Position numbers and translations under genes: made by a program
In this document: piece by piece, positions 8,743 to 18,395 of the stretch
How positions within the stretch are numbered: the stretch's first letter is position 1
Layout: each line of letters starts with the position of its first letter
The notes under the pieces: model-generated
Databases searched by the model: none
What the model was told of the DNA's origin: nothing
The model's input: only the letters and a program-made list of their open reading frames with translations
IMG/VR virus record: IMGVR_UViG_3300009702_000008
Location: 1-37,149 of that record
DNA from: a virus
Strand: one strand, 5' to 3'
DNA: 37,149 nt

Positions 8743-9402
8743 TCACCTGCCTTGTGCGGCACCTCCGCCGCAACCGCTACACCCACCTATTGTAGGCGCG
8801 GGAAAATCTCTAACCTCTTTGTGCTTCAAAAGCCACGCGCGAACGTCATTATCCGGATATGGTCCCGGATGCAACCGCATTGGACAATGCCAACCCTTCC
8901 GCGTGTTCTTAAACGACAACCTCGACAATCGCCACTTCGGACAATTGCACGCCTCACAATAACTATGCCCTTCAATGCGGCCTCGCTTTTGTCTCACGAC
9001 AAGATGACGGAATCTGCACTCTTGGCAAGCCCGATTCCGCTTGGCGAGAACATCATCAGCAACTCGCCCGCTCGCCACGGTTCGCAGCATAGAATAACCC
9101 CGACCGGGCAACCGCAACATCCATAAGAGTAACCGCATCATCCGGCGAGGACGGACCAATACGCGGAAGAGCCACTCAACTATACCACGGCCAGGATATG
9201 CAGCAGGATACACGCGTAAACGGTCGCTTGATCCCAACCCGTGGAACTCCGCCGTGATGATTGGATAAACCTTGACGATCTTGCGAGGATGTTCCACTTT
9301 CGGATTATGCTTCTGCTTCGTTCGCACCGGTTCCGGCTTTGGCGGAACGTATTTCGCATTCGCCTGACGCGCGATATCTTGAATGTCTGCTTGACGTATC
9401 AT
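8743..9402 (-). CDS. Cys/His-rich basic protein of unknown function
   Basis: 219 aa. CQEC...HSYCEACNCPKW...WHCP cluster and C-terminal GGCSGCGGG. Confidence 0.55.
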   Translation of the reverse strand: MIRQADIQDIARQANAKYVPPKPEPVRTKQKHNPKVEHPRKIVKVYPIITAEFHGLGSSDRLRVYPAAYPGRGIVEWLFRVLVRPRRMMRLLLWMLRLPGRGYSMLRTVASGRVADDVLAKRNRACQECRFRHLVVRQKRGRIEGHSYCEACNCPKWRLSRLSFKNTRKGWHCPMRLHPGPYPDNDVRAWLLKHKEVRDFPAPTIGGCSGCGGGAAQGR

Positions 9403-11096
9403 TGATTCCTAAACCCTATCGTAAACCCACCGCCGTATGCCGTCGCACGCTTCCCGTCCGGTTGATCCAAATCTGTTGGCCAGCCAAACACGCGCACGCT
9501 CATTGCATCCGCCTTCCGCTTGCAGAGACTGTCAAAACCTTCTTTGATCTTTACGTCCCCATTCCATCCATCACCCGCGCGACCATGATAACCAGCCCAA
9601 CTCAACCTTCGCTCAAGCCGGAATGGCCGACCACCGTGTTGTGGTCCCAACTCATAAACAAGTTGTTTACTATTCTGATCGATCGGGAAATTGATCCCGC
9701 TCGCATCATTGATCAACGGTCCAATCGCCTGGCACTCAGTGCGTGTATTGAAAAGTATTCCGTCGAATTGCGCTCGCGCAGCAAGATCGATGTCCATGAA
9801 AAACCGCACGTGTGTACGAACATATCGCGTGACGCCTTCGAGACGATCGATCGTCGTCGGTTTTATGCTCATCGTCATCGAAACACGCCTGACAAATACG
9901 TCTACGTTGCCCCAACAATCGAATCCGCGCACTCGTCCGCGAACCGTCTCAACGGGAATCATCACCGCGAATGGATCGGGCGCACCAGTCGCGTCGAACA
10001 CGCGGGCATATTCGCCGATTTCCGTGTTGCCTGTCGATTGTGTGTGTACATGATCCAGCCGGTCGAGGACAACGTCCCACGGATTGCCTCCGCCAGGATT
10101 GCCTGTCCACGCGAGTATTTTCGTCATCACCCGATTTTTGAATCGTGTCGTGTCCCATTCGAATAAACTCGACGGAGACAGGAACGGTGTCTCGATCGTG
10201 GCGACTGTGTTGATCGGCTCTCCTATCGGCGCAGGATGATTGCCACCTTCAGAATCTAACCCGCCGGGCAATTTCCAAAACATGCTTGGATTGACTAAAA
10301 ACACTTCGTCGAATCGCTGTCTGTCTGCAACATTGCTGTTATAAAACTCAGGCGGATCGGGCACGGTATTCGTAAATCCATCTTCGCTTTGTGATGGTTG
10401 GACGCGACCAGTACATGATATCAATGGATTCGCGTTGCAGTCGCCTTCGATCACGTTTGAAAACCGCACAATATCGGGCGATAAAAATTGGTCCGTCCGT
10501 ACGAATACCTCAACATCTTTCGGAGTCAATTTGAAGTTTTTGCAGACCATATCGGTATCGAAACTGTTGCCGAATCCAAAACCACGGTAGAAATCACGCG
10601 TTGGAAAATGACCTGGTATGACCGTGCCATTCGGCTTGCCTTCGCAGTATTCGCCTACCGTCATATTCGCCGGCAAACCAATCTCGTTGAGATTCCAGGG
10701 GAAACACTGGCAGGAATGAACACCATAGCATTCGACTCCACCGTTGCGGAAACATGAACCGATCCGAAACATCCCGCCGGCGTCGGGCAACAGGTTCATT
10801 GAGTTTGAATGCAAGTCCGCTTGACGCCCATAAGCATCGACGGTTCCCGCACGCGGATCGTAGGCCAGCCAGCGATCCCCGTTGTCAATGGTCATGCCAT
10901 TCATCACGTCGTCGGGAAAATCCCCACACGTCGCAAATCCGACACCGCATCCCTCGCGCCTCCCGTCATCAATCGTACTCGATAGCCAACAATCAGCATG
11001 CTCGGTTAGCGCCTCGCCGGTCGAAAATCCATCACCAAAAAGCACATTGCAAAGGTCGCCGACCGAACCGTCCGCGAATGTCAGCGTGCATGACAT
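9399..11096 (-). CDS. Large tail-tip/baseplate-region protein (565 aa), unknown fold
   Basis: ORF 9399..11114 trimmed to ATG 11096, which overlaps the upstream TAA (TAATG). Confidence 0.65.
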   Translation of the reverse strand: MSCTLTFADGSVGDLCNVLFGDGFSTGEALTEHADCWLSSTIDDGRREGCGVGFATCGDFPDDVMNGMTIDNGDRWLAYDPRAGTVDAYGRQADLHSNSMNLLPDAGGMFRIGSCFRNGGVECYGVHSCQCFPWNLNEIGLPANMTVGEYCEGKPNGTVIPGHFPTRDFYRGFGFGNSFDTDMVCKNFKLTPKDVEVFVRTDQFLSPDIVRFSNVIEGDCNANPLISCTGRVQPSQSEDGFTNTVPDPPEFYNSNVADRQRFDEVFLVNPSMFWKLPGGLDSEGGNHPAPIGEPINTVATIETPFLSPSSLFEWDTTRFKNRVMTKILAWTGNPGGGNPWDVVLDRLDHVHTQSTGNTEIGEYARVFDATGAPDPFAVMIPVETVRGRVRGFDCWGNVDVFVRRVSMTMSIKPTTIDRLEGVTRYVRTHVRFFMDIDLAARAQFDGILFNTRTECQAIGPLINDASGINFPIDQNSKQLVYELGPQHGGRPFRLERRLSWAGYHGRAGDGWNGDVKIKEGFDSLCKRKADAMSVRVFGWPTDLDQPDGKRATAYGGGFTIGFRNQ

Positions 11097-12289
11097 TAGA
11101 GCTGCCTCCCGCAAACAAACTCGATCGACGTGACTTCCGTCTCAAACCAAAACGGAGTATGGATCGTGCCGACAAAAACGTGATCGCCCTTGTTCGTCCC
11201 GAATTGCCCTTCCCTGTCGGTCGCCAACTCGGCGCGATGAAGCTGCTTGAACACCGTGCCACCACTTCGCGGATTCGAGCAATAGCCGAGCCTGACGAAC
11301 CCATCATCGTCCATCATCAAACGACCGCCGATTGTCTTGCAGAGTCGCTCGCCCGGCACGCCTGCTTCTGCTCTGACGTGATGCCGACTCTTGGCACCTT
11401 CAATGTCGGACTCCGCATCGCCCGTGAATGGATTGATCGCGAACGAAACATCGTCGCATAGCTTCGCTGTCCATCGCTTCGGCCCCGGAAATCGCTTGCT
11501 GAAACATCCTTCTGGCGGTGAACAATCCCAAATCACCTGTTCCCCAAACTCATTTTGATCGACGCACTTGTCGCCTGTGGGCGCGGACTGGCCACCGAGA
11601 TTGGAACATTCCTGCTCGGTCAAGTCTGTGCAGGTTCCATCGGGCAAACAGCAAGCCATAACCGGTGCAACCGCGGGAGCGCATGGATTGCCGATCAAAC
11701 AATGCTCGCCAAACTGACCAGGACGACCGCCGCGATTTTCGCAAGTAAAGTCAGCCAACATCGTGCAAGTCGGATTATCAATCGGCCCCTCGCAGCATGG
11801 CACCCAAAAACAACCCGTACAAAAGTTTCCAAACGAATCACAATCAGACGCCAGCGGGAAAGCATTCTCGCAGGTCAACCCCTCGAAAAATGTCGATTGC
11901 AATCTCTGATCGCAAGCATTCCGCGTAGTCGTCTCACATAATCTCGCCAATCCCGTTTGGCTTTCCTGCCAACAACAAGCGCCTGATACTTCTCCACATG
12001 GATTCCCCGTGAAGCAATGGCTGCCTTCGCCTCCAAACAAACCTACCTGCCCGCCGCAAAACTCCGGCGGAGTCATTGTACATTCGTCGTGATTCGGCCC
12101 TGAAAAACAACACGCACCCCATCGGCATCGCTCGCACTCGGTCCCGCTCGAACATTGAAAATGCTCCGCGCATGACAATCCAGGATGCCACGCCGTGATC
12201 GAGTCAGACGCTTCGCAATCCGCTTTCGTCGCGCGATCGTTGCACTGCCAAGCACTTAACGTATCCGGCCTATGACAGCACGCACCCAT
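11096..12289 (-). CDS. Cysteine-rich repeat protein in the tail module
   Basis: 397 aa with about 39 Cys by my count. Five ~40-aa units each open with a CC dipeptide (GACC x3, VPCC, MACC). Confidence 0.7.
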   Translation of the reverse strand: MGACCHRPDTLSAWQCNDRATKADCEASDSITAWHPGLSCAEHFQCSSGTECERCRWGACCFSGPNHDECTMTPPEFCGGQVGLFGGEGSHCFTGNPCGEVSGACCWQESQTGLARLCETTTRNACDQRLQSTFFEGLTCENAFPLASDCDSFGNFCTGCFWVPCCEGPIDNPTCTMLADFTCENRGGRPGQFGEHCLIGNPCAPAVAPVMACCLPDGTCTDLTEQECSNLGGQSAPTGDKCVDQNEFGEQVIWDCSPPEGCFSKRFPGPKRWTAKLCDDVSFAINPFTGDAESDIEGAKSRHHVRAEAGVPGERLCKTIGGRLMMDDDGFVRLGYCSNPRSGGTVFKQLHRAELATDREGQFGTNKGDHVFVGTIHTPFWFETEVTSIEFVCGRQL

Positions 12290-13056
12290 TATGTTTGACT
12301 CCTAACACAATCGGACGAACGGATATCAAACGGTGCGCGATCGACGCCGAACCTGAAGTGCTGATCGGCCCACCACAAGCCCCGCCAAAAGACCAACCAA
12401 ATCGTCGCGACGTTCGGCGTGAACACGCCTACATGCTTGAAAAGTTCATAGTGCATCCCGAATGTCCCCGGCTCCGTTTGCACCTGCTCTTCTACGCCGG
12501 TCGGCTGAATTGTGATCGTAACCTGTTCGGGATCGGCCACGGGTCGCACACGCTCGATAATGATAAATGGTGCAGTAGCACCCGGAATGTCGCGCACGAT
12601 TGCACGGTCAATCGCCGTCGACGCCACCGGTTTTTGCAACCGCCATGTTCCAGCCTCAAAATACATTCGCAAAAACGGCGCAAGGTCATCCAAATCACCT
12701 TGCAGAACGCTGTCCGAATAATCGCTCGGCTTGAATCCAAAATCGGGATAGACTTCGAGGTCATCACCCGCGAACTCGTAAAAACATGCTTTCGTTGGCC
12801 CCGATCCTTCGCAACCTTTCGGCGGAGTCGTCGCATATCGTACGGGTCTCACAATGATGAATCCGTTAGAATCTGACGGCGTCTTCGTTATCACGACGGT
12901 CCGCTCCCGCGGCGGGACGAATGCGGCGACGCTCTCATTGAGAACCTTCGTGACGGTTTGGGTCGTCAATCGTCGCACTTCATTGATTAGAAAGTTCCAA
13001 TCGTCAGTCTTTAAGGCTCGTTGACCTGGTCGAATTGGATCGGGAAGCGGACTCAT
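12289..13056 (-). CDS. Hypothetical tail protein (255 aa)
   Basis: ORF coupled to its neighbours, downstream of the tape measure gene. Confidence 0.6.
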   Translation of the reverse strand: MSPLPDPIRPGQRALKTDDWNFLINEVRRLTTQTVTKVLNESVAAFVPPRERTVVITKTPSDSNGFIIVRPVRYATTPPKGCEGSGPTKACFYEFAGDDLEVYPDFGFKPSDYSDSVLQGDLDDLAPFLRMYFEAGTWRLQKPVASTAIDRAIVRDIPGATAPFIIIERVRPVADPEQVTITIQPTGVEEQVQTEPGTFGMHYELFKHVGVFTPNVATIWLVFWRGLWWADQHFRFGVDRAPFDIRSSDCVRSQT

Positions 13057-14084
13057 TTTTTGACCGCTCCGATTTGTCTTGAAAGACTTGGATCACTCGG
13101 CGAATTACCAGCCGCAATAGCAGCAAACAAGGCTTCAAAGTCCGAATCCTCATAGACCTTATATGTCGTTGCCTCCAGCGACCCATCCAATCGTACAACT
13201 TCTGCTTCTTCATTGGATTCCGTTCTGTATGTCTCGACAAACTCCACCGGAGTCCAGCCTTCGCGCCGATATGAAAGTTCAACCGATATAGGATATTCAA
13301 AACCGTTGGCAGTAACTCGCTCTTCTTGGCTGAATCCGATAAACAATAACGTCCGCGCAGGAAATCCTTTCCATGCGATTCGATTAACCGTCCCGCCGAA
13401 CGCATCAATAGCGCGCGAAGAAGCAAACGTGAAACGAGGTGCTATCTTGCTTATTGAATAATCTGTAGTAGTTATGATGCGTTCAAAACCTTCAACGCGG
13501 CGCGGCGCATTCGACGACCAGAAAATAGGACCGCCCTGAATGTTGAATCCCAGACCGTAGAGATTGATTGTCCTACCAGTAGCGGGATCAATCGCTGTGT
13601 GCGTCGCGGGTTTGCCAACTGGATCGCCTGGACCGGATGGAGGTCCTTCAAAAGTCGGCTGATAAACATGTGGACCGATAAGTTCTCCTGGCAATACTGT
13701 CCCATCGGGAGCGATCGTTGCCAATGCGCGGCCGATCTTTTCTGTCGTCGTGCTAATCCTCGACGAAACTTTCCACCCTGTAAACGACCCTTCCTCGGAT
13801 GTGTCTTTTGTTTTGTATACGACGAGAACATTGAAACTGGTATCGCTTTTGTGCTCTTGGATTACATAGCCATCGACAAACAGATTCTCAAGCGTTGGAT
13901 GCTGACGACCGATTGGAACGGAAGTCCGCCCGTAGGGATCGCGGATCACACGCGCCTGCAAAAACGAAAACGGATGCTGCGAAATCGTTGAAGTTTCGAC
14001 GTGAAACAGCTCGATCGCGCTAGCGCCGAGTTTCTCAACCTGGTCGCCTTCGCCAGTGTTTGACAGTAAATATGCGAATCCCAT
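13053..14084 (-). CDS. Hypothetical tail protein; distal-tail candidate by position only
   Basis: 343 aa, immediately after the tape measure gene with start/stop overlap. Confidence 0.6.
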   Translation of the reverse strand: MGFAYLLSNTGEGDQVEKLGASAIELFHVETSTISQHPFSFLQARVIRDPYGRTSVPIGRQHPTLENLFVDGYVIQEHKSDTSFNVLVVYKTKDTSEEGSFTGWKVSSRISTTTEKIGRALATIAPDGTVLPGELIGPHVYQPTFEGPPSGPGDPVGKPATHTAIDPATGRTINLYGLGFNIQGGPIFWSSNAPRRVEGFERIITTTDYSISKIAPRFTFASSRAIDAFGGTVNRIAWKGFPARTLLFIGFSQEERVTANGFEYPISVELSYRREGWTPVEFVETYRTESNEEAEVVRLDGSLEATTYKVYEDSDFEALFAAIAAGNSPSDPSLSRQIGAVKK

Positions 14085-15589
14085 TAGATGAATACTACGC
14101 CCGTCGATCCACCTTGACCGCCGACCGCCCTATTCTCAGCACGCTGCAATATGTTAATGATACGATTTATCTTTCGTGAAATACCTTGACCGATGGATTG
14201 AATCCCAGCCGTTACGCCGAATCTCGGTTGACCGTTGATAATGCCCAGCTCCCGCGCAGTACCGAGACCGCTCACTCCAGAGAATCCACCTACTCCCTTA
14301 AAAATGTCGCTAATCGCAGTTGTCTTTCCTGCCGAAGGCGATGGTGTTTCCCCGCCGCCGCGTCCCAACCCCAGACGCTTATTGATTTCGCTGCCTATCC
14401 GGTTCGCGACATCTTGGAAAAATTGAAACAATTTGTTTTGCGTCGGCGTCGCACTCGTGCCGAATGAATCTTCGAGTTGTTTAATTTCTTTACTTAACTG
14501 GTCAATCGTGCCCTGCAATTTTGATTGAGGAGCGATGAATTGATCAGCTCGCTTAGCCGTAGTTCCAGGTTCGAGAAAACCTAATTTCTCCAATCCAAGA
14601 CTAATTGCCGCGCCCGGACGAAGCAAAAAGTTTTCCACAGGATTTGTGATAAACGATAATAGACTACGCCCACTTTTCTTTCCGAAAGCATTTCGCCCTT
14701 TTGCAATTGACAACTGAAGTTTTTTGAACGAAATCGTCATCAGGTCAAATGACTCAGCAATCTGAAATCCAAATGTCTTTATACCGTCAAAGGCCGATCG
14801 TATTGCTTCGCGCATACCCTTAGCTGCGCCGCCGACCTCATTAAACCGAGAAACCAAAGTCTCAAGAACGCCAGCCACATTGACCGCGATTTCACCGAAA
14901 ACCGCCCTCGTAATCCGTTGCATCTTGTCGATCGCATCGTTAAATGCCTCGATCCGCGCCAAGTCAGAACGCCGGAAAGTCAAACCCAATCTGTCAGCTT
15001 CTTTAACAAAATCTTCAATGCCCTTGCTTCCCAAAGCGATGAAGTTTAAGAATTGCTTTCCACCTGCGCGTCCGAAGATCGTTGCAGCAAGCGATGCCCG
15101 ATCGGTTGCACTGCTCATCCTGTTCAGTCCATCAGCTATCAACTTCAACTGTTGAAATGTCGATAAGCTGGCAAGCTGCTTGCTGCTTAATCCTATCGCA
15201 GCGAAAGCCCGCTTAGCCTGTGCAAGTTCCTGCACGTTCGCATCGCCCAAAACTTTCCGCATCGTCTCGATGCTTTTGATAAAGATTTCGTTGGATAGGC
15301 CGGTCTGCGTTGCAGCTAATTCCAATCCGGCCAGCTTTTGCGTTTGAATACCGATCCGATCAGATAGCTTGGCGACAGCATCCAATGCCTTAAACTCACG
15401 CCGCGTGAAAAATACAAGAACCGCACTCGCGGCAGCCCCTATCCTCACGCCCCACTTGGCCACGACCTTGGCATTCGCATTGATAGCGCGGGAAAACTTC
15501 TTGAGCTTCCGATCAATCCGTGTAAGCGCATTATCGAGCGCGGCCGTGCTCGCTGTGAAAATGACTGTTAGTCTAGGATTTTTCGCCAT
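14084..15589 (-). CDS. Tail tape measure protein
   Basis: 501 aa. Ala/Leu/Gly-rich helical composition. Sits after the G/GT chaperones. Confidence 0.8.
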   Translation of the reverse strand: MAKNPRLTVIFTASTAALDNALTRIDRKLKKFSRAINANAKVVAKWGVRIGAAASAVLVFFTRREFKALDAVAKLSDRIGIQTQKLAGLELAATQTGLSNEIFIKSIETMRKVLGDANVQELAQAKRAFAAIGLSSKQLASLSTFQQLKLIADGLNRMSSATDRASLAATIFGRAGGKQFLNFIALGSKGIEDFVKEADRLGLTFRRSDLARIEAFNDAIDKMQRITRAVFGEIAVNVAGVLETLVSRFNEVGGAAKGMREAIRSAFDGIKTFGFQIAESFDLMTISFKKLQLSIAKGRNAFGKKSGRSLLSFITNPVENFLLRPGAAISLGLEKLGFLEPGTTAKRADQFIAPQSKLQGTIDQLSKEIKQLEDSFGTSATPTQNKLFQFFQDVANRIGSEINKRLGLGRGGGETPSPSAGKTTAISDIFKGVGGFSGVSGLGTARELGIINGQPRFGVTAGIQSIGQGISRKINRIINILQRAENRAVGGQGGSTGVVFI

Positions 15590-16222
15590 TGATATTCCCG
15601 CCCATAAAACCAGCTAATAGTTTGAACGCATATTGTTGTTTCGCCGGATCATTCTTCGCCTTATCGTCATCCTTAAACAAAAGGAAATCGTCGATCGTCT
15701 TTTTCTTTTCGCCCAATGCACTGGCGATCAGCAACATCAACGCTGCGAAGTTATAGTCTTGTCGTTGCGAACCAAATGGATCGATTGCATAAAATGCGCA
15801 CCACTCCAGAAACTGTCTGCAAGTGATGCGCGACAACATCCGATCGACATTCACTTCACCCATCGCCAACGCGAGACGCATTGCAATCAATCGTTGCTGA
15901 TCATTTCGGAGTTTCCCTCGGCGTCGCTATCTGCTCCAAGGCCGTTAAAAAGTACAATCTGTTCCGCGACTTCTACGAGCGTTTGGAATCGTTTTTGACA
16001 CAACTTATCAATGTCAGACCATTGGAAAATCTGCGCACCGTTTTCGTCTACCGCAGCCGCAACAATGAACGCCGCCACTTGCTTGACGCTTCCTGATTCG
16101 TAACTCTGAATCTTTGCAAGCTCAGACGCTTTCAATTCGCGGATATAAAAGACCTGACCCCAAGCATGAATCTGCTTTGTCGCAAGATCGTCGCTCGATA
16201 GAATGTCATCTTTCAACGTCAT
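15573..16222 (-). CDS. Tail assembly chaperone GT fusion, made by a -1 frameshift
   Basis: The -1 frame opens at a TAG four codons before GGGAAAC and continues to 15573. The T part contains FLEWCAFYAIDPFGSQRQDY, typical of chaperone T domains. Confidence 0.55.
15887..16222 (-). CDS. Tail assembly chaperone G
   Basis: 111 aa, located between the major tail and tape measure genes. Confidence 0.7.
   Translation of the reverse strand: MTLKDDILSSDDLATKQIHAWGQVFYIRELKASELAKIQSYESGSVKQVAAFIVAAAVDENGAQIFQWSDIDKLCQKRFQTLVEVAEQIVLFNGLGADSDAEGNSEMISND
15911..15917 (-). promoter_or_regulatory. -1 programmed frameshift slippery heptamer G_GGA_AAC
   Basis: Minus strand reads gag gga aac. It fits XXXYYYZ and lies 24 nt before the G stop codon. 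Confidence 0.6.
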
Positions 16223-16665
16223 ACAGTCGCCATGCCAGCAAAGGTAACATCGTTGCCATCTACCCGAATCGTCATTGAAAATGCATTAGGGTCTCGCGGA
16301 CTGCTAACAGACGGCGTCAATTCGGTGATGAATCCGGTCCCTGTTGCAGTCGCCGGAGTCGTCGGATCATTCCAGGTAATTTGCCATCCGATCGTAGCGC
16401 GAGCTTGGAACTTCGTATAAAGATTCGGCCCAGCGCTCAAATCATGCGAATCCGGCAAGAAATTGCCACTCACGGTCAACGTCGCCTCCCGCACCGTCGG
16501 AATAAACTGTGCTATTCCACCGCTGTCCAACGCAGTCGCGTCAGCCTCACCGCAAGTCATGTTCAGGTTAACCGAAGTAACTTCGGCCACTGTTGTAAAC
16601 GTAGTCCCGCCGGTTTCATCAATACCGAGTGTTACCCCAGTCCCTATCGTCGCAGTTGTTGCCAT
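16219..16665 (-). CDS. Major tail protein
   Basis: 148 aa. MATTATIGTGVTLGIDETGGTTFTTVAEVTSV... resembles TP901-1/phi13-type major tail proteins. Position fits. Confidence 0.7.
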   Translation of the reverse strand: MATTATIGTGVTLGIDETGGTTFTTVAEVTSVNLNMTCGEADATALDSGGIAQFIPTVREATLTVSGNFLPDSHDLSAGPNLYTKFQARATIGWQITWNDPTTPATATGTGFITELTPSVSSPRDPNAFSMTIRVDGNDVTFAGMATV

Positions 16666-16689
16666 ATCTTAGCTCCTATTCAACATCGG

Positions 16690-17106
16690 CTATGCAGCCG
16701 TTTCGTAAAACCAAATGACAAAATCCAAAGCGCGACGCCGTACACGTTCGTCGCCGCCAGACACTTCAAGTTCAGTGTCGTCACTTTCATCGTCCAAAAA
16801 ACTTCGATGAACAGTTATTCCTTTGTTTGTGCCAGAATAATTGTCTAATGCCAGCCTTACTGCGTCCGCAAGTGACTGCAATTGTGCTGCCGATTGGGAA
16901 ATACAATTAACCTCAATCTCAGCAGCAACGAGGCCGCTAGGACCGTCAAGCGATCGATTCCGCTCCGTCCTATCACGCCGAAACATGATGAAAGGCATTG
17001 TTACCTCTTGGGGCACAAAACCCGAATACACCCTCGATGCAACTATCGAAGTCACTCCCGTGGAGCTGACCAGAATGTCACGGACTGCCTTTTCAACCGC
17101 CATCAA
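16690..17106 (-). CDS. Tail completion/terminator-like protein (DUF3168-like)
   Basis: 138 aa, located between the gp10-like and major tail genes. Confidence 0.5.
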   Translation of the reverse strand: MMAVEKAVRDILVSSTGVTSIVASRVYSGFVPQEVTMPFIMFRRDRTERNRSLDGPSGLVAAEIEVNCISQSAAQLQSLADAVRLALDNYSGTNKGITVHRSFLDDESDDTELEVSGGDERVRRRALDFVIWFYETAA

Positions 17107-17554
17107 TCGCCGCCTGCAATAATTGAGCCGCTGTGTTCAACATTACTTCCGATGCTTCGGACGCTTTCGCGTCAAACGTGTCACCGATAAAATCATTTGG
17201 CTTGACTCGACCCGTAATCTGTCCCAATCCAGGTATACCTGCCTTCTTTTTCGCTCGCAGTTGGGTCCCGCGCACTACCAAATGTCTGTGTGGTGCTATC
17301 TCATGTCTCGGTGTCACGACAGCCCACGCAATACGACCGCCATTCTTTACCATTACCTTTTGACGAATCGAACGCTTAAGATTCCCAGTCGGACCGCGCG
17401 GTGCACGTCGTTTCATTTCGCGCTTAATAATCCTAGCACCAGCCGATATCGTCTTCCGTGTCGCAACACGCCTCGCTTTACCTTCAAGCGCAGACAAGCG
17501 CTGCAATACCTCTTGTATCCCGATCAGATTTACTCCAAACTCACTGTCAGACAT
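17093..17554 (-). CDS. HK97 gp10-like tail component
   Basis: 153 aa. ...RRAPRGPTGNLKRSIR... matches the gp10-family pattern. Confidence 0.55.
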   Translation of the reverse strand: MSDSEFGVNLIGIQEVLQRLSALEGKARRVATRKTISAGARIIKREMKRRAPRGPTGNLKRSIRQKVMVKNGGRIAWAVVTPRHEIAPHRHLVVRGTQLRAKKKAGIPGLGQITGRVKPNDFIGDTFDAKASEASEVMLNTAAQLLQAAIDGG

Positions 17555-18057
17555 TAACCTGCCACAATCTGAATGTCATAAGTCAATGTGCCTGTTCCTG
17601 ACACGTCTATGCTTTTCGCAGTCGCACCAATTAAGGGCATGTTATTGTTACAAACCATTTCGATCGCGCATCCAGGAAGCAAAGTCACCGAATCCGCACT
17701 CGCACCCCAAATGAAATATCCATTGACTCCGCTTTTATCAATTTGGATATTGGCGCCATTGCTAGACGCAGCAATGATCTTTATCACTTGAACGCGGAGA
17801 CCAGTCATATCGACATTTGCGCTGAAGTTCGCTTGTGGCAATGCAGTCAAATCAAGAGATTCAGTCGTTGCGAATGTTCTCGTATCTGTCCAAACGACTG
17901 ACATAGGCACAGTCGTAGTCGGCGAAAAATCAGCTTTTGCATTCGTGCCAGTCTCCTGCACAATCTCCGGATTAGTCGCGCCATCAATGCCCAAATCTTT
18001 TGTCATCGTGACTTTGAGCTTCAAATCCGTTTCAACCTTGCTAATCGAATCTGCCAT
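17554..18057 (-). CDS. Hypothetical protein within the connector module (167 aa)
   Basis: ORF with exact start/stop coupling to its neighbours. No domain recognised. Confidence 0.6.
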   Translation of the reverse strand: MADSISKVETDLKLKVTMTKDLGIDGATNPEIVQETGTNAKADFSPTTTVPMSVVWTDTRTFATTESLDLTALPQANFSANVDMTGLRVQVIKIIAASSNGANIQIDKSGVNGYFIWGASADSVTLLPGCAIEMVCNNNMPLIGATAKSIDVSGTGTLTYDIQIVAG

Positions 18058-18395
18058 TACACTTCCTCACGGCAAAGTATTTCGTCCAACACTCCCTGCT
18101 CGCCGACGTTGGCGATCCCCGCTATCTCAAATATCCTTCCGTTGAACCTCAGCTTATGCTTGCCCGTGATCCCATCGACGTGACGTATAACGATCCTATG
18201 AGTGATCGACTCTTCTACTTGACCGGATGCAGCCAAGCGTTCAGAATCCCTGAACGTCACGGGTGAAATCTCTGCCCATACCGTCCGTTCAATCACTGTC
18301 GATTGCGTGGAATCTCCAAGATCGTCGATCGTTTCCGACACTGTCAAAATATCGACGCGCTTGTTTAAGCGACCAGCTTTTAAGGTTATTGCCAT
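18057..18395 (-). CDS. Head closure / head-tail adaptor protein
   Basis: 112 aa. The pattern ...RVDILTVSE...TVWAEI...THRIVIRH... is typical of SPP1 gp16 / HK97 gp9-type adaptors. Confidence 0.6.
   Translation of the reverse strand: MAITLKAGRLNKRVDILTVSETIDDLGDSTQSTVIERTVWAEISPVTFRDSERLAASGQVEESITHRIVIRHVDGITGKHKLRFNGRIFEIAGIANVGEQGVLDEILCREEV

Noticed and set aside
9339-11461. Long plus-strand ORFs (9339..10166, 10754..11461; also 19295..20230, 20343..20852, 36469..37023)
   Set aside because: These are antisense shadows of well-supported minus-strand genes. Their translations are Arg/Ser/Pro/His-rich. No plus-strand promoter or RBS is evident.
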